Source: a virus (taxonomy: Duplodnaviria > Heunggongvirae > Uroviricota > Caudoviricetes). From it: a stretch of 47,785 nucleotides of DNA. Made by a program: the position numbers and the translations under genes. Positions within the stretch are counted from its first letter, which is position 1; each line of letters begins with the position of its first letter. The stretch is taken from IMG/VR virus record IMGVR_UViG_2529292853_000006, one strand, 5' to 3'. Under the pieces are notes generated by a model. It was not told the DNA's origin. It made no database searches and saw only the letters and a program-made list of their open reading frames with translations. Below are positions 10,125-20,073 of the stretch, piece after piece.

Positions 10125-11240
10125 TTAAATCCCTGCTTTTCTGAATACCTGTGCATCACGCTCACGGAGTTGCTTCAGCGTCAGCCATTCGCCTTTATCG
10201 GTGTAAAATTCATCTGGCGACATACCGCCATCCCGAATCAGCTTTGCCCGGGTTTCCCCCACAATCTGTTTTTGTCTGGTGTAAGGCTGACGCAAAAACC
10301 ATTCCCTGTAGGTTGTATCTCCGGCCACCACGCCATCCATGCTGGCCCGCTCAGCCGGGGAAATATCACGAACATCAATACCCAGTTCCTTCGCTGATTT
10401 CAGAATGAACGTTTCCGTTGAGCGGCAGCAGAAATGAATTTTTCCCGGCCCATGCAAATAAGGCACACTGTGACCTACAGGTTTATTATCCAGCGTATAT
10501 TTGAGGCGATCCCTGATTCGACATTGTGGCGTAGTACGATTATCAAGCGTTGATAACCATTGCTTACCCTTAATCAAATCATTATTCGCGCTGGCAAAAC
10601 TCTCACGGGCAGTAGCAGCAAGATGTCCAACCGCTGTTTTTGCAATGCTGGCCGCATTAGCCCGGCTCATCTGCAATGCACCATCCTGAAATCCCTTGCT
10701 GACATGTCCCCGAATTTTTCTTGCGATCTGCTCATTGGTATCCCCCAGCAAAAAACCCTGACGCACCGTATTTGTTATGCGTCTGAGCCGATCCGCCTCA
10801 AGATCCAAGGCCCACTCACTGAGCAGTCGTCCCTGGAATGGTCGCGCCATTGCAGCGGCGTAAAGTGCATCAGAAGATATACCAACCAGAGGGTGAACAT
10901 CAGCAACAAAATCAGGTAGCAGAGAATCAAACAGACTTAACTGATAACCAGCCTCATAAATTGCCAGCTCGTTCAGCTCTCCGGAGAGACTGGTAAACAT
11001 GCTGTTAATAGCAGCGCGGTTAACCTCTCTGACACTCGCCAGAAGTGACTCCAGGCGCGTAACGGTAAAACTACCAGGATCGAGGCTGTCCAGTGCTACC
11101 AGCAGGCGAGCTGTAAGCTCCGCATCGCTGTCATTCAGTATTTTCACCATTCTGGCAGCCACACCAGTGCTATAGCGGGATATCCAGACTGCATGAGCAA
11201 TTGATTCATCACGCAGCCGTTCATTCACGGTTTGCATCAT
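10125..11240 (-). CDS. head morphogenesis protein (Mu F / SPP1 gp7 family)
   Basis: 371-aa ORF immediately downstream of portal and overlapping it; family assignment from recalled motif content. Confidence 0.75.
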   Translation of the reverse strand: MMQTVNERLRDESIAHAVWISRYSTGVAARMVKILNDSDAELTARLLVALDSLDPGSFTVTRLESLLASVREVNRAAINSMFTSLSGELNELAIYEAGYQLSLFDSLLPDFVADVHPLVGISSDALYAAAMARPFQGRLLSEWALDLEADRLRRITNTVRQGFLLGDTNEQIARKIRGHVSKGFQDGALQMSRANAASIAKTAVGHLAATARESFASANNDLIKGKQWLSTLDNRTTPQCRIRDRLKYTLDNKPVGHSVPYLHGPGKIHFCCRSTETFILKSAKELGIDVRDISPAERASMDGVVAGDTTYREWFLRQPYTRQKQIVGETRAKLIRDGGMSPDEFYTDKGEWLTLKQLRERDAQVFRKAGI

Positions 11241-12627
11241 TGATTTCCATCAACATTACACTCTGATTTTTTAATTCATCGATCACATCCTCTGGACGGG
11301 AATCCTGATCGATAAATTTCAACGCCTGCAACACCCGAACCGCATCAATCTGACGTATATCACCGCCCTGACGCAATGACTGAACAGCCAGCGCGGAGGA
11401 TGAGTCAAACACCTGGGCAGATACATCCAGTTCAGTGCGCACATCCACATTGCCACCGCAACTCTCTCCGCTCCATTCCGCCATTATCTGGAGAATATTA
11501 TCGAGGGCATCTTCGAGGGAGTTCGCCATTGTATAAAGCGGCGAGTGTTCCTGCATCCGCTCTTCATTAGTCTGATCAACAGATTTGGTGGATGTATTTT
11601 CAGCCCGCAGAAGTTTAGCGCCGGCATGACGCATCTGATTTTCCAGCTTCTCAAGTGATGTTTCGCCAGATTCTATCGCTGCGCCACTATGTTCAACATA
11701 TTCGAGGCCATTTTTTGTTCTGTCCTCAAAAATCGTAGCCGTGGATGCACCAACCGTCAGTTCTTCATTCCTGTCCAGCCCGTAGGCCACCAGCAATGGA
11801 ACGCGGGCAACATGAAGAATATTGTCCTGCTCGCTCTGGCTTTGCCAGTGCTTGATATTCAGCAAGCCAAGATTAAGCAATGGCGGTGTACCACGCATAA
11901 ACCCTGTTTTCTTCGTATACAGTGTTACCAGAGGAATATCATCACGGCTGGTATTCCATGACTCATGAAGCATCCAGACAGATTCGCCATTAGTACCTTC
12001 GCTGCGTCGATAAATTTCTACTCGACGGGGCATAATATGGCGGATCTGCTCCACCTTCTTCTGCCCGAAATCATCACCATCAATAATGATGACCTCTTTT
12101 ATACGCAAATCAGTGAGAACAACTTTCCCTTTTTCAACTTTCGATTTCCATCCAATAACCTGGCGTGGATTCAGCATCGTAACGTACGGGCGACCACCGG
12201 CCGCGTTTTCATCGGCTTTTGTCCGAATCTCGTTCATATCCGTTCGTGGATAGTCCACCAGCGCATGTGCCACACCATACTGAAATGCGAGACTGAAAAA
12301 TTGCTGCGCCCACACATCCAGTCGGCTCCCCTCCATGTCGATATTTTCTGCATATTCCCTGATTTTTTCCGGCGTTTCCTCACTCAATACTGTCGGCTCT
12401 GCAAATATGCGCCCAATATTTTGTTTGATGCTTTCTTCATACACAGGAAGTAACGTAGCCACAGACAGGCGTTTTTTATAAGCGTCTTCATCTTCATTAG
12501 GCCATTTGGGGAGATAATTTTCCCCCTGCCTGCGCATTTCAAGCGTACCGCCCATCAATGCGTCGTTAATATCCCACGCCTCCAGCATATCGTTATAGTC
12601 GAGGTTGGGTGTTGATATATCAGCCAT
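11221..12627 (-). CDS. portal protein
   Basis: 468-aa ORF immediately downstream of the terminase large subunit. Confidence 0.85.
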   Translation of the reverse strand: MADISTPNLDYNDMLEAWDINDALMGGTLEMRRQGENYLPKWPNEDEDAYKKRLSVATLLPVYEESIKQNIGRIFAEPTVLSEETPEKIREYAENIDMEGSRLDVWAQQFFSLAFQYGVAHALVDYPRTDMNEIRTKADENAAGGRPYVTMLNPRQVIGWKSKVEKGKVVLTDLRIKEVIIIDGDDFGQKKVEQIRHIMPRRVEIYRRSEGTNGESVWMLHESWNTSRDDIPLVTLYTKKTGFMRGTPPLLNLGLLNIKHWQSQSEQDNILHVARVPLLVAYGLDRNEELTVGASTATIFEDRTKNGLEYVEHSGAAIESGETSLEKLENQMRHAGAKLLRAENTSTKSVDQTNEERMQEHSPLYTMANSLEDALDNILQIMAEWSGESCGGNVDVRTELDVSAQVFDSSSALAVQSLRQGGDIRQIDAVRVLQALKFIDQDSRPEDVIDELKNQSVMLMEINDANRE

Positions 12628-12629
12628 AA

Positions 12630-13940
12630 TTAAATCCGAAGTGATGTGACTCTTCCGGTCGGTTTGACAATAGGGAATTGCTTAACGATGAAATAACCTC
12701 CGGCATCATTCGGGTGATCATTGCCAGATTTTTTATCAGGCTCCCCCTTATCATCCCAGACCTGTTGCTCCAGAGATTCGGCATATACCGGACAACGCTT
12801 CACATTAACTTTATAGCGACGCTCACCATTGGCATTGCAGAACATTGCATTCATTGAGTTAACGCGATCTTTTACTGGCGGGTTCGAGCTGTTCACCACA
12901 ACGTTAAAACCTGCCTGCTTAAGCTGGGCTATATCCGTCGTACTTGCGTTACTTGATTTTCTGGAATCTCCGGAAGCATCTGGATAAATATAAATCTCCC
13001 TCACTTTCCGGTAATCATGCCCGTCATACAGCCAGAAGCGTTCTTTAATGAGGCGGATCATATCCGGCGTATCGTAGGCATTGATGATTTCAGTTACCGC
13101 ACATGGAAGCCCCAAACGCAGCACATGGACGATTCCCGCCATCTTTCCAACGTTAAAATCCATCCCAATATAAATCGGCTCCCCTGGCTGCTCCACTTCT
13201 TCGCAATTATTCAGTTTCCGGTCAAACTGATGGTAAACAGTACCACTTGTCAGGTTAGTAAACCGTCCTAGAAGATAGGCTTTAATCAGCTCTGGAGGGT
13301 ATGATTCAAGAAGTGAAGGAATGTAATCTGCTGGCAGGTTCTTTTCATTATCGAAAGTAGATGCCTGCACCAGACCATACAGTGAGGCCAGATCTGTTTT
13401 TTCACGCACGGCTTTAACAAACTGCTCGTAGACAAATTTGAATCCTTCCGGCGTGGTTGTAACGTCAATACCGTTGCGAAGTCCATCAATCTTATAACGC
13501 ATACGCGCAATTATCTTGCGCCACGCCGTTCTGGCTTTTTCCTTCGGCAAAATGTCCAGTTCATCCACCAGCGCATTACCAATTTTGAAACCGACGATCG
13601 TTTGTGGCTTCTCCATCGATCTGCAGATAGTGGTTCCCCGATACTGGCGTCCGTAATAAAAGTGAACCTCTTTATTTCCCTCATTAATTTTTACGTTCAA
13701 TCCCCAGTCAGCAGCAACTTCTTCCACTGTAGGGTAAAAAATATCGCGAATTTGGGGATACGTTGGCGCAAAATATCCCTGATTTATACCTGGATGCTCC
13801 CAAATCCCCTTGCATATGCCGCCACACCCAACCCATGTTTTGCCCGAGCCAAAACCAGCAATATAGGCTTTAAATTTATGGGGCATTGAAAGAAATCGCG
13901 CCTGAGGCACATTAAGCGTCGGAGAGATCATCTTCATCAC
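12630..13940 (-). CDS. terminase large subunit
   Basis: 436-aa ORF with Walker A-like GFGSGKT and a C-terminal nuclease-type acidic region. Confidence 0.9.
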   Translation of the reverse strand: MMKMISPTLNVPQARFLSMPHKFKAYIAGFGSGKTWVGCGGICKGIWEHPGINQGYFAPTYPQIRDIFYPTVEEVAADWGLNVKINEGNKEVHFYYGRQYRGTTICRSMEKPQTIVGFKIGNALVDELDILPKEKARTAWRKIIARMRYKIDGLRNGIDVTTTPEGFKFVYEQFVKAVREKTDLASLYGLVQASTFDNEKNLPADYIPSLLESYPPELIKAYLLGRFTNLTSGTVYHQFDRKLNNCEEVEQPGEPIYIGMDFNVGKMAGIVHVLRLGLPCAVTEIINAYDTPDMIRLIKERFWLYDGHDYRKVREIYIYPDASGDSRKSSNASTTDIAQLKQAGFNVVVNSSNPPVKDRVNSMNAMFCNANGERRYKVNVKRCPVYAESLEQQVWDDKGEPDKKSGNDHPNDAGGYFIVKQFPIVKPTGRVTSLRI

Positions 13941-15006
13941 TCCTTAATCTGGCATCAACCACATTAATATTGATCGCCACAGGCTGGGGATGTTCATTAT
14001 CCTCCACCGTTTCGATCTCTTTGCGCAGCTTCTGGTTCTCTATTCTGCGCCGTTCAATTTCCAGTTCCTGTAGCCGCTTATCTGCACATAATGCCCCGCC
14101 AGCAGAAAGCAAACGCAACAATTCACGCCGGGCGGCAGCCTTATCCTCCAGCAGGATCTCAACACCGTATTTTCCGAGCTTTGACCCTGCATATAATTGC
14201 CGCGCATCCCCATCAAGCAGTGTGGTATCAGCCATATAAAGCTGTCCTGTTCCCTCACCGCAGCACTTCGGGCAATCAGGATTGGGTATGGCGTTATCAA
14301 CAAAGCCGAGGCCTCCATATTCCGGCTCGGGTTTACCATCTCTGGAGGCCTGTGCCGCAGCCTTATCGAATTCTGCAATATCACGCCACTGGTAGAGATG
14401 ATTCTCGCCCCAGCAATAACGGCAGTTAACACGGCGAAATTGTGCCAACTGATTGGGGTCGGCCTGGACAATGGCCATCAACTGGCTCACCAGTAAATCC
14501 AGGTCTGCGGTATAGCGTTTCTGGTACTGATTGCGGAAGTAGCTGATAGCACGATAAACCCTGGCATTTCTAAGCATACGGCTGGCGTTGCTGTTAGCTG
14601 TCGCACCTTGCCCCTCATAACCAGCCAGTCGGTATGCCTCTGTCGGCTTTTTCCCCTGAGCAACCAACATGGCGAATTTTGCCTGCTGGTCAGAAATACC
14701 GAATTCATCGGGGCAGAACGAAATTTCTTCCGTGTCCCCCTCAATCAGGAGTGCATCGGATACAGCCTTTTTTTTCTGAGATTTTCTGTTCTGCCTTTGC
14801 GCAGTCTGCGCAGTTTTTTTTCGCGCACTTTTTTGCGCAGTTTTGCGCATTTCTTTCTGCGCATTTTTCGGAGTTTTTTTGATGTAACGACGGGCTGTTG
14901 CGTAGTTCAGTCCCCTTGCTTCACACCATGCCACCGGAGATATACCGGAGCGGGTGTATTCAGCAATATACTCCTGCTGCAACGCCCCCCAGTCCGGTCT
15001 GCTCAT
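13912..15006 (-). CDS. terminase small subunit-like DNA-binding protein
   Basis: 364-aa ORF overlapping terL; N-terminal HTH-like segment, lysine-rich low-complexity linker encoded by TGCGCA repeats, Cys-x-x-Cys pairs. Confidence 0.55.
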   Translation of the reverse strand: MSRPDWGALQQEYIAEYTRSGISPVAWCEARGLNYATARRYIKKTPKNAQKEMRKTAQKSARKKTAQTAQRQNRKSQKKKAVSDALLIEGDTEEISFCPDEFGISDQQAKFAMLVAQGKKPTEAYRLAGYEGQGATANSNASRMLRNARVYRAISYFRNQYQKRYTADLDLLVSQLMAIVQADPNQLAQFRRVNCRYCWGENHLYQWRDIAEFDKAAAQASRDGKPEPEYGGLGFVDNAIPNPDCPKCCGEGTGQLYMADTTLLDGDARQLYAGSKLGKYGVEILLEDKAAARRELLRLLSAGGALCADKRLQELEIERRRIENQKLRKEIETVEDNEHPQPVAININVVDARLRSDEDDLSDA

Positions 15007-15009
15007 CAG

Positions 15010-15261
15010 TTAGTCCTGATTTTTATCCACCCTGAGTAGTTCGCGCAGAGCAAAGGCATCCCCTTTTCTGGCAAGCTTAAACAATGCCGCTCGTAACTCG
15101 GCTTCACCTTTCGCTCTGCCCTTACGGATGGCCGCATAAAAATCTGTCATTGCTTCCCGATTTTCTTTCAGTCGGTTCAGATCAACATCCAGAACGTCAG
15201 CGATTTGTTGTGCAGTCATCCGGCACGCTGCCAGAGACTCGACTTTCGAATACGGAATCAT
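15010..15261 (-). CDS. hypothetical small phage protein
   Basis: 83-aa ORF overlapping the upstream gene end; start uncertain. Confidence 0.3.
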   Translation of the reverse strand: MIPYSKVESLAACRMTAQQIADVLDVDLNRLKENREAMTDFYAAIRKGRAKGEAELRAALFKLARKGDAFALRELLRVDKNQD

Positions 15262-16129
15262 TTGTCACCCCCATTGATATGCAGGGTGTCTTCTTCCTGT
15301 ATTTTTCGTGAAGGATTTTTACTGCAGCGTTGTTCCAGGTGACCTGATGGTGAATGCGTTTATGGCTGGCACCCATCAGTGAGATTTTTACGCACGACGG
15401 CGAATACATGACGGAGTAAAAACTTTTAACGTAGGTTCCGGAATCCAGATACAGCTCGGTCATTCCGCCGCTGTTTTTCTGCGTCTGTTTCTGCCCTAAC
15501 TGGACAGCACCGATCGTCATAAACAATTCACCACAGCGACCGAGATTCGTGTACGTATTCACATCCTCGTTAATGCGCCCCATGAATGAGAACGGTCGAT
15601 CAACCGAACAGATAAAGCTGTTCATTGCCTTGCGTTTCACCCACGAAGCATGGCCGCCATTGTCACCAAGAAAATCCCCGCCCTGCGACATAGCGATGGA
15701 AAGCGCGGGTATTGATTCGTAATACGCCAGCATTTCAGAAAGGATCGCATCCAGTTTCCTTATCGGGAAATAGGCCTGGTCATAGTTGCGATCCACCCGA
15801 AACTGGAACTCGTGATAATCATCATCGAGCTGAATGAAGTATTTACACCCGACCAGTTTTGCCAGGTCGAAACAGGCATTACGGGCGTAAAAAATTGAGC
15901 GGCGATCACCAAAATTATCGGCTTCGTCAAAACGACTGGCAATATCGGCTTTGGAAAATACCAGCACCTGTTCACCAAATTCAGCCATGTACTGATGCCG
16001 TGTCTTATCTTCATCATCAACAACGATAAAAATTTTCCCGGTATAGCCAGCACGACGCAACGTCCGGTAAGTCAGAACTTTGTCCGGTCGCCCGTGAGTC
16101 AGAATAAAGGCGCAAAAATCATCACGCAT
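15197..16129 (-). CDS. GT-A fold glycosyltransferase-like protein
   Basis: FILTHGRPD...KIFIVVDDEDKT and YFIQLDDDY resemble the GT-A Rossmann core and DxD motif; no C-terminal TM helices; start at ATG 16129 (or 16153) overlaps the ParB-like stop. Confidence 0.5.
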   Translation of the reverse strand: MRDDFCAFILTHGRPDKVLTYRTLRRAGYTGKIFIVVDDEDKTRHQYMAEFGEQVLVFSKADIASRFDEADNFGDRRSIFYARNACFDLAKLVGCKYFIQLDDDYHEFQFRVDRNYDQAYFPIRKLDAILSEMLAYYESIPALSIAMSQGGDFLGDNGGHASWVKRKAMNSFICSVDRPFSFMGRINEDVNTYTNLGRCGELFMTIGAVQLGQKQTQKNSGGMTELYLDSGTYVKSFYSVMYSPSCVKISLMGASHKRIHHQVTWNNAAVKILHEKYRKKTPCISMGVTNDSVFESRVSGSVPDDCTTNR

Positions 16130-16916
16130 ATTCCTCCTCCTCCTCCCCGCCATGCATGATCTCCACCATGCGCTGCGTCATTCGGACAAATCCATTTTCA
16201 ATAGCCTGCTGATAATCAATGATCACCAGCGCCGACTCCTCGAAAAGGCACTGAATTTCAGCGGGGGCATGAGCGTAATAGTCCGCAATTCTGCTGAAAT
16301 TAAACACTGTGTGACGTTCTGCCGCACACAGGAGGAATTTCTCAATATCAGGATCAAGGGACGCCGAACGTATCCGGCTGATCAGCTCCTGAGTTTTCGT
16401 ATCGTCGTACAGTTCACTGATATCCGGTTTACCGCCCGACGGCTCATAAACAGGCGTATCAATTTTCGTCGTATACGGCTCCTCCTCATTTCCTGTACCG
16501 GGCAAAACATCCGTCAACAGTTCATCAATTTCTGTCGGGATGAAGCCTGTCAGGGAGACATCAAAATCAGCATTGATTAGGTCCGACAGCTCCATCCGCA
16601 ACAGATCTTCATCCCAGCCAGCATTCATCGGCAGGCGATTATCTGCCAGGCGGTACGCCTTTTTCTGCTCATCCGTCAGGCCAGACAGAACAATGACCGG
16701 AACAGAATCCATTTTGAGCATTTCAGCCGCCATAACACGACCGTGACCCGCAATAATTTCGCCCTTTTCGTCAATCAGCACCGGATTAGTCCAGCCGAAT
16801 TGCTTAATACTTTCTACCAGTTGTGCCACCTGCTCAGGGCTGTGCGTCCTGGCGTTGTGCGCATACGGTGACAATTCTTGTAATGGGCGATAGACTATCT
16901 TTAATTTCTCGCTCAT
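16122..16916 (-). CDS. ParB-like nuclease domain protein
   Basis: N-terminal ParB/Srx motif (IDEKGEIIAGHGRVMAA); acidic poly-Glu C-terminus; no methyltransferase domain. Confidence 0.75.
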   Translation of the reverse strand: MSEKLKIVYRPLQELSPYAHNARTHSPEQVAQLVESIKQFGWTNPVLIDEKGEIIAGHGRVMAAEMLKMDSVPVIVLSGLTDEQKKAYRLADNRLPMNAGWDEDLLRMELSDLINADFDVSLTGFIPTEIDELLTDVLPGTGNEEEPYTTKIDTPVYEPSGGKPDISELYDDTKTQELISRIRSASLDPDIEKFLLCAAERHTVFNFSRIADYYAHAPAEIQCLFEESALVIIDYQQAIENGFVRMTQRMVEIMHGGEEEEEYA

Positions 16917-17053
16917 ACAGCCTTGCTTTATGAATAAAACGCACCCCAGCAGCCAGTGCTACTGGGGACGGAGGGGTTGCTGGTAAAGTTAGGTATTGGA
17001 TCAATGAGTGAGTCAACATAATATTAAACTCACAATTATAAATCAGCCATATA

Positions 17054-18511
17054 TTAGGAGCGCCAAAAAAAACCTGAAAACAATATAATAACAGGATAAA
17101 TTTCAAGGCGACCAAGAATCATAGCTATGCACATTAAACATTTTGCAATGTCATTAAGCACTCCGAATGACGATGCAGTAGCCCCAAAACCTAATCCCAT
17201 ATTATTAATACATGCAGCCACTGTTGCAAATGATGTAAGAAAATCATATCCCATACCATTTAACACCAGTATAAAAAACACCGTGAAGAGAGTATAAAGA
17301 AAAAAGAAACTCCATACAGACCTCATTACACGATCTGTAACTATCTTCCCTCCTACATTTACACTCAACAACGCTCTGGGATGAGAAAGCTGATTTATCT
17401 CGTGTTTGCTTTGTTTGAAAAGTATAAGAAATCGAAGTGACTTAATTCCACCACAAGTTGAACCTATACATCCCCCAAAGAAACTTGACAACAGCAAAAA
17501 CACTATCGTGTGCGTGGGCCAACTTGCATAATCCTGCGTAGCTAAACCATTATCAGTGAGCATGGAGCTGGCAAGAAAAAACGAATGAATAAAACTTCCA
17601 TGCAAGTCATACATACCTATATGCCAGACCTGGAAAGAGGGAACAATGATCACCCCTAAGGCTATTAACAGAAAGAAACGAAGTTCAATATCTCTGATTA
17701 AAGGTTTTATCGTTTTCCTGCTAATAACAATATACCAAAGAGTGAAGTTGAAAGCCGATAGCAGGGAAAAAGAACCAGCCACCAGCTCAACCAAATAGTT
17801 ATTAAAATATCCGATACTCTCGCTATGAGTTGAGAAACCACCAAGCGAAACTGTGGAAATCCCGTGACAAATAGCATCAAACAAAGGCATTCCTGCAAGT
17901 CTATAACAGACAATACAAGCAATACCTAATAAAGAATAAGTTATCCACAGTGTCCGTGACGTATCGGCCAGGCGGGGAGTGAGTTTGTCATCCTTAAATG
18001 GCCCCGGCATTTCTGACTGATAAAGCTTTGCACCACCAATACCCAATAATGGCAATACAGCAACCGCCAGAACAATAACTCCTAAACCACCTATAAAATT
18101 TAACTGTGACCGATAGTACAAATATGCCCGAGGTAATGAACTAACATCATCAATTACAGTTGCTCCTGTTGTTGTTATTCCAGAAACCCCTTCAAACAGA
18201 GCATCAATGAACGTTAAATTAAGTTCTGAGTCAATCCATAAAGGGAATGCACTAATAACAGAAAACAAAATCCAAAACATTACAATTATAATAAACCCAT
18301 CACGGGTACGTAATTGAATGCCAGATTTCTTAGTTGTATACCACGCTCCGCCACCAATGCAAAAAAATATAACGAAAGTTATAAAGAAAACGAACAGGCT
18401 TTTTTCTTTATAAAACAATGCTACAACCATTGGTGGCAACATTGAAAGACTATAGAGCCAAACCAGGAACCCACACATATGAGTAACAACTCTTACATGA
18501 GATGTATTCAT
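17054..18511 (-). CDS. trkG: TrkH/TrkG-family potassium uptake protein
   Basis: Multi-pass membrane protein; AT-rich gene; start at MNTSHVRVV gives 485 aa, matching K-12 Rac TrkG as recalled. Confidence 0.85.
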   Translation of the reverse strand: MNTSHVRVVTHMCGFLVWLYSLSMLPPMVVALFYKEKSLFVFFITFVIFFCIGGGAWYTTKKSGIQLRTRDGFIIIVMFWILFSVISAFPLWIDSELNLTFIDALFEGVSGITTTGATVIDDVSSLPRAYLYYRSQLNFIGGLGVIVLAVAVLPLLGIGGAKLYQSEMPGPFKDDKLTPRLADTSRTLWITYSLLGIACIVCYRLAGMPLFDAICHGISTVSLGGFSTHSESIGYFNNYLVELVAGSFSLLSAFNFTLWYIVISRKTIKPLIRDIELRFFLLIALGVIIVPSFQVWHIGMYDLHGSFIHSFFLASSMLTDNGLATQDYASWPTHTIVFLLLSSFFGGCIGSTCGGIKSLRFLILFKQSKHEINQLSHPRALLSVNVGGKIVTDRVMRSVWSFFFLYTLFTVFFILVLNGMGYDFLTSFATVAACINNMGLGFGATASSFGVLNDIAKCLMCIAMILGRLEIYPVIILFSGFFWRS

Positions 18512-18648
18512 ATCTAAATATTCTTTCAATTATAACCACCTTGCTGCAATATTATGATTATACTGTATAAAATTTAACTCCTCTTAGATCTTACTTCACT
18601 GTTTCTTATGAAACAATCATCAAAATGAATCATATTGTAGTTAAGATT

Positions 18649-19125
18649 TTACTTTAAACACTGCTCGGTTATGTATTGCTGAGCACCTTCAAGTTGGGCC
18701 TGCATCATTACCAGTCGTTCCCGGAGGGTGAAATAATCCCGTTCAGCGGTGTCTGCCAGTCGGGGGGAGGCTGCATTATCCACGCCGGAGGCGGTGGTGG
18801 CTTCACGCACTGACTGACAGACTGCTTTGATGTGCAACCGACGACGACCAGCGGCAACATCATCACGCAGAACATCATTTTCAGCTTTCGCATCAGCTAA
18901 CTCCTTCGTGTATTTTGCATCGAGCGCAGCAACATCACGCTGACGCATCTGCATGTCAGTAATTGCCGCGTTCGCCAGCTTCAGTTCTCTGGCATTTTTG
19001 TCGCGCTGTTCTTTGTAGGCGATGGCGTTATCACGGTAATGATTAACACCCCATGACAGGCAGACGACGATGCAGATAACCAGAGCGGAGATAATCGCGG
19101 TTACTCTGTTCATTGCTGACCCCAC
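18649..19125 (-). CDS. spanin inner-membrane subunit (Rz)
   Basis: 158-aa protein with N-terminal TM and coiled coil; overlaps the endolysin end. Confidence 0.85.
   Translation of the reverse strand: MGSAMNRVTAIISALVICIVVCLSWGVNHYRDNAIAYKEQRDKNARELKLANAAITDMQMRQRDVAALDAKYTKELADAKAENDVLRDDVAAGRRRLHIKAVCQSVREATTASGVDNAASPRLADTAERDYFTLRERLVMMQAQLEGAQQYITEQCLK
18708..18893 (-). CDS. spanin outer-membrane lipoprotein subunit (Rz1), embedded in Rz
   Basis: 61-aa ORF in the +1 frame inside Rz; lipobox VVGC; proline-rich. Confidence 0.8.
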   Translation of the reverse strand: MRKLKMMFCVMMLPLVVVGCTSKQSVSQCVKPPPPPAWIMQPPPDWQTPLNGIISPSGNDW

Positions 19126-19607
19126 AAACAGATTTCACGCTCAATCTCACGACGAGTCATGAGACCTTTCCATTGCTTACCGCCAGCATATGTCCAGCGA
19201 CGTAGCTGATCACATGCGCCTTTGATATCGCCCTGGTTTATTTTGCGAAGAAGCGTCGATGTTCTGAAATTGCCAGCACCCACGTTGTAAACGAATGAGT
19301 AAAGAGCGCCGCGCGTTGTTTCCGGTATATCGACTTTGATGTACGGGTTAATTTGTCTGGCGACCGTGGCAAGGTCTTTATTCAAGAGTGTTTTGCATTC
19401 TGCTTTGGTATACGTTTTACCGAGCATGATGTCTTTTCCTGTATGCCCGTGACATACAGTCCATACACCAACAATATCTTTGTATGGTATGTAGCTGACA
19501 CCTTCCAGACCATCGTTACCACTTGGGCCAGTGATTAACACTGATGCTATAGCAATTGCTCCGCCACCAATAGCAGCAGCAACGACTTTTCGTAATGATG
19601 GAGGCAT
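19110..19607 (-). CDS. SAR endolysin (phage 21 R-like lysozyme)
   Basis: 165 aa; N-terminal Gly/Ala-rich signal-anchor-release segment; near-identical to R21 as recalled. Confidence 0.9.
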   Translation of the reverse strand: MPPSLRKVVAAAIGGGAIAIASVLITGPSGNDGLEGVSYIPYKDIVGVWTVCHGHTGKDIMLGKTYTKAECKTLLNKDLATVARQINPYIKVDIPETTRGALYSFVYNVGAGNFRTSTLLRKINQGDIKGACDQLRRWTYAGGKQWKGLMTRREIEREICLWGQQ

Positions 19608-19822
19608 TATTCACCTCTCGCAGCCTTGCGCTTATCTTCTTTAATCTTGAAATAAAGGTTTGTCAGGTACGTCAGCAGGCCAAATACCAGACTACCCAGC
19701 ACACCGATTGCAGCCCACTGTGACGGAGTTACTCTATCGAGCAACTGTAAAAACCAGTAGCCAGCACTGCCTGCGGAGGTGCCGTAGGCAATGCCTGTTG
19801 AAATTTTGTCCATGGATTTCAT
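19607..19822 (-). CDS. pinholin (phage 21 S-like) with dual-start motif
   Basis: [14 protein letters not shown]... 71 aa; Met1-Lys-Ser-Met4 holin/antiholin arrangement; ORF-track start at 19879 is an upstream extension. Confidence 0.85.
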   Translation of the reverse strand: MKSMDKISTGIAYGTSAGSAGYWFLQLLDRVTPSQWAAIGVLGSLVFGLLTYLTNLYFKIKEDKRKAARGE

Positions 19823-19913
19823 AGCCTCACCTCCGCACGGAACGGATGGCATAGTTATTATGTGTAGGCTTTCAGACACATCAATCAGAGCCTTAATTGA
19901 TATATATGCTGGA

Positions 19914-19940
19914 GACGATGCAATATAAAAAGCTCGCCGT
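19914..19940 (-). terminator. intrinsic terminator downstream of the first moron lipoprotein gene
   Basis: AGCTCGC-uacg-GCGAGCU hairpin followed by UUUUUAUAUU on minus-strand RNA. Confidence 0.5.
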
Positions 19941-20073
19941 AGCGAGCTAATAAAATGTATTTCTCTGATATTATGTTTATTTGTATTAGCTCAGACTTGA
20001 CATCACAGGTTTCGTATATAGAACATCATCAAATCTGTCAGTTTGCTATGAATGAGATATAGTAATTGAAGAG

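Noticed and set aside
16834-17115. 93-aa ORF spanning the trkG/ParB-like intergenic region
   Set aside because: Overlaps the ends of both flanking genes on the same strand and has no SD; more likely the promoter region for the ParB-like gene.
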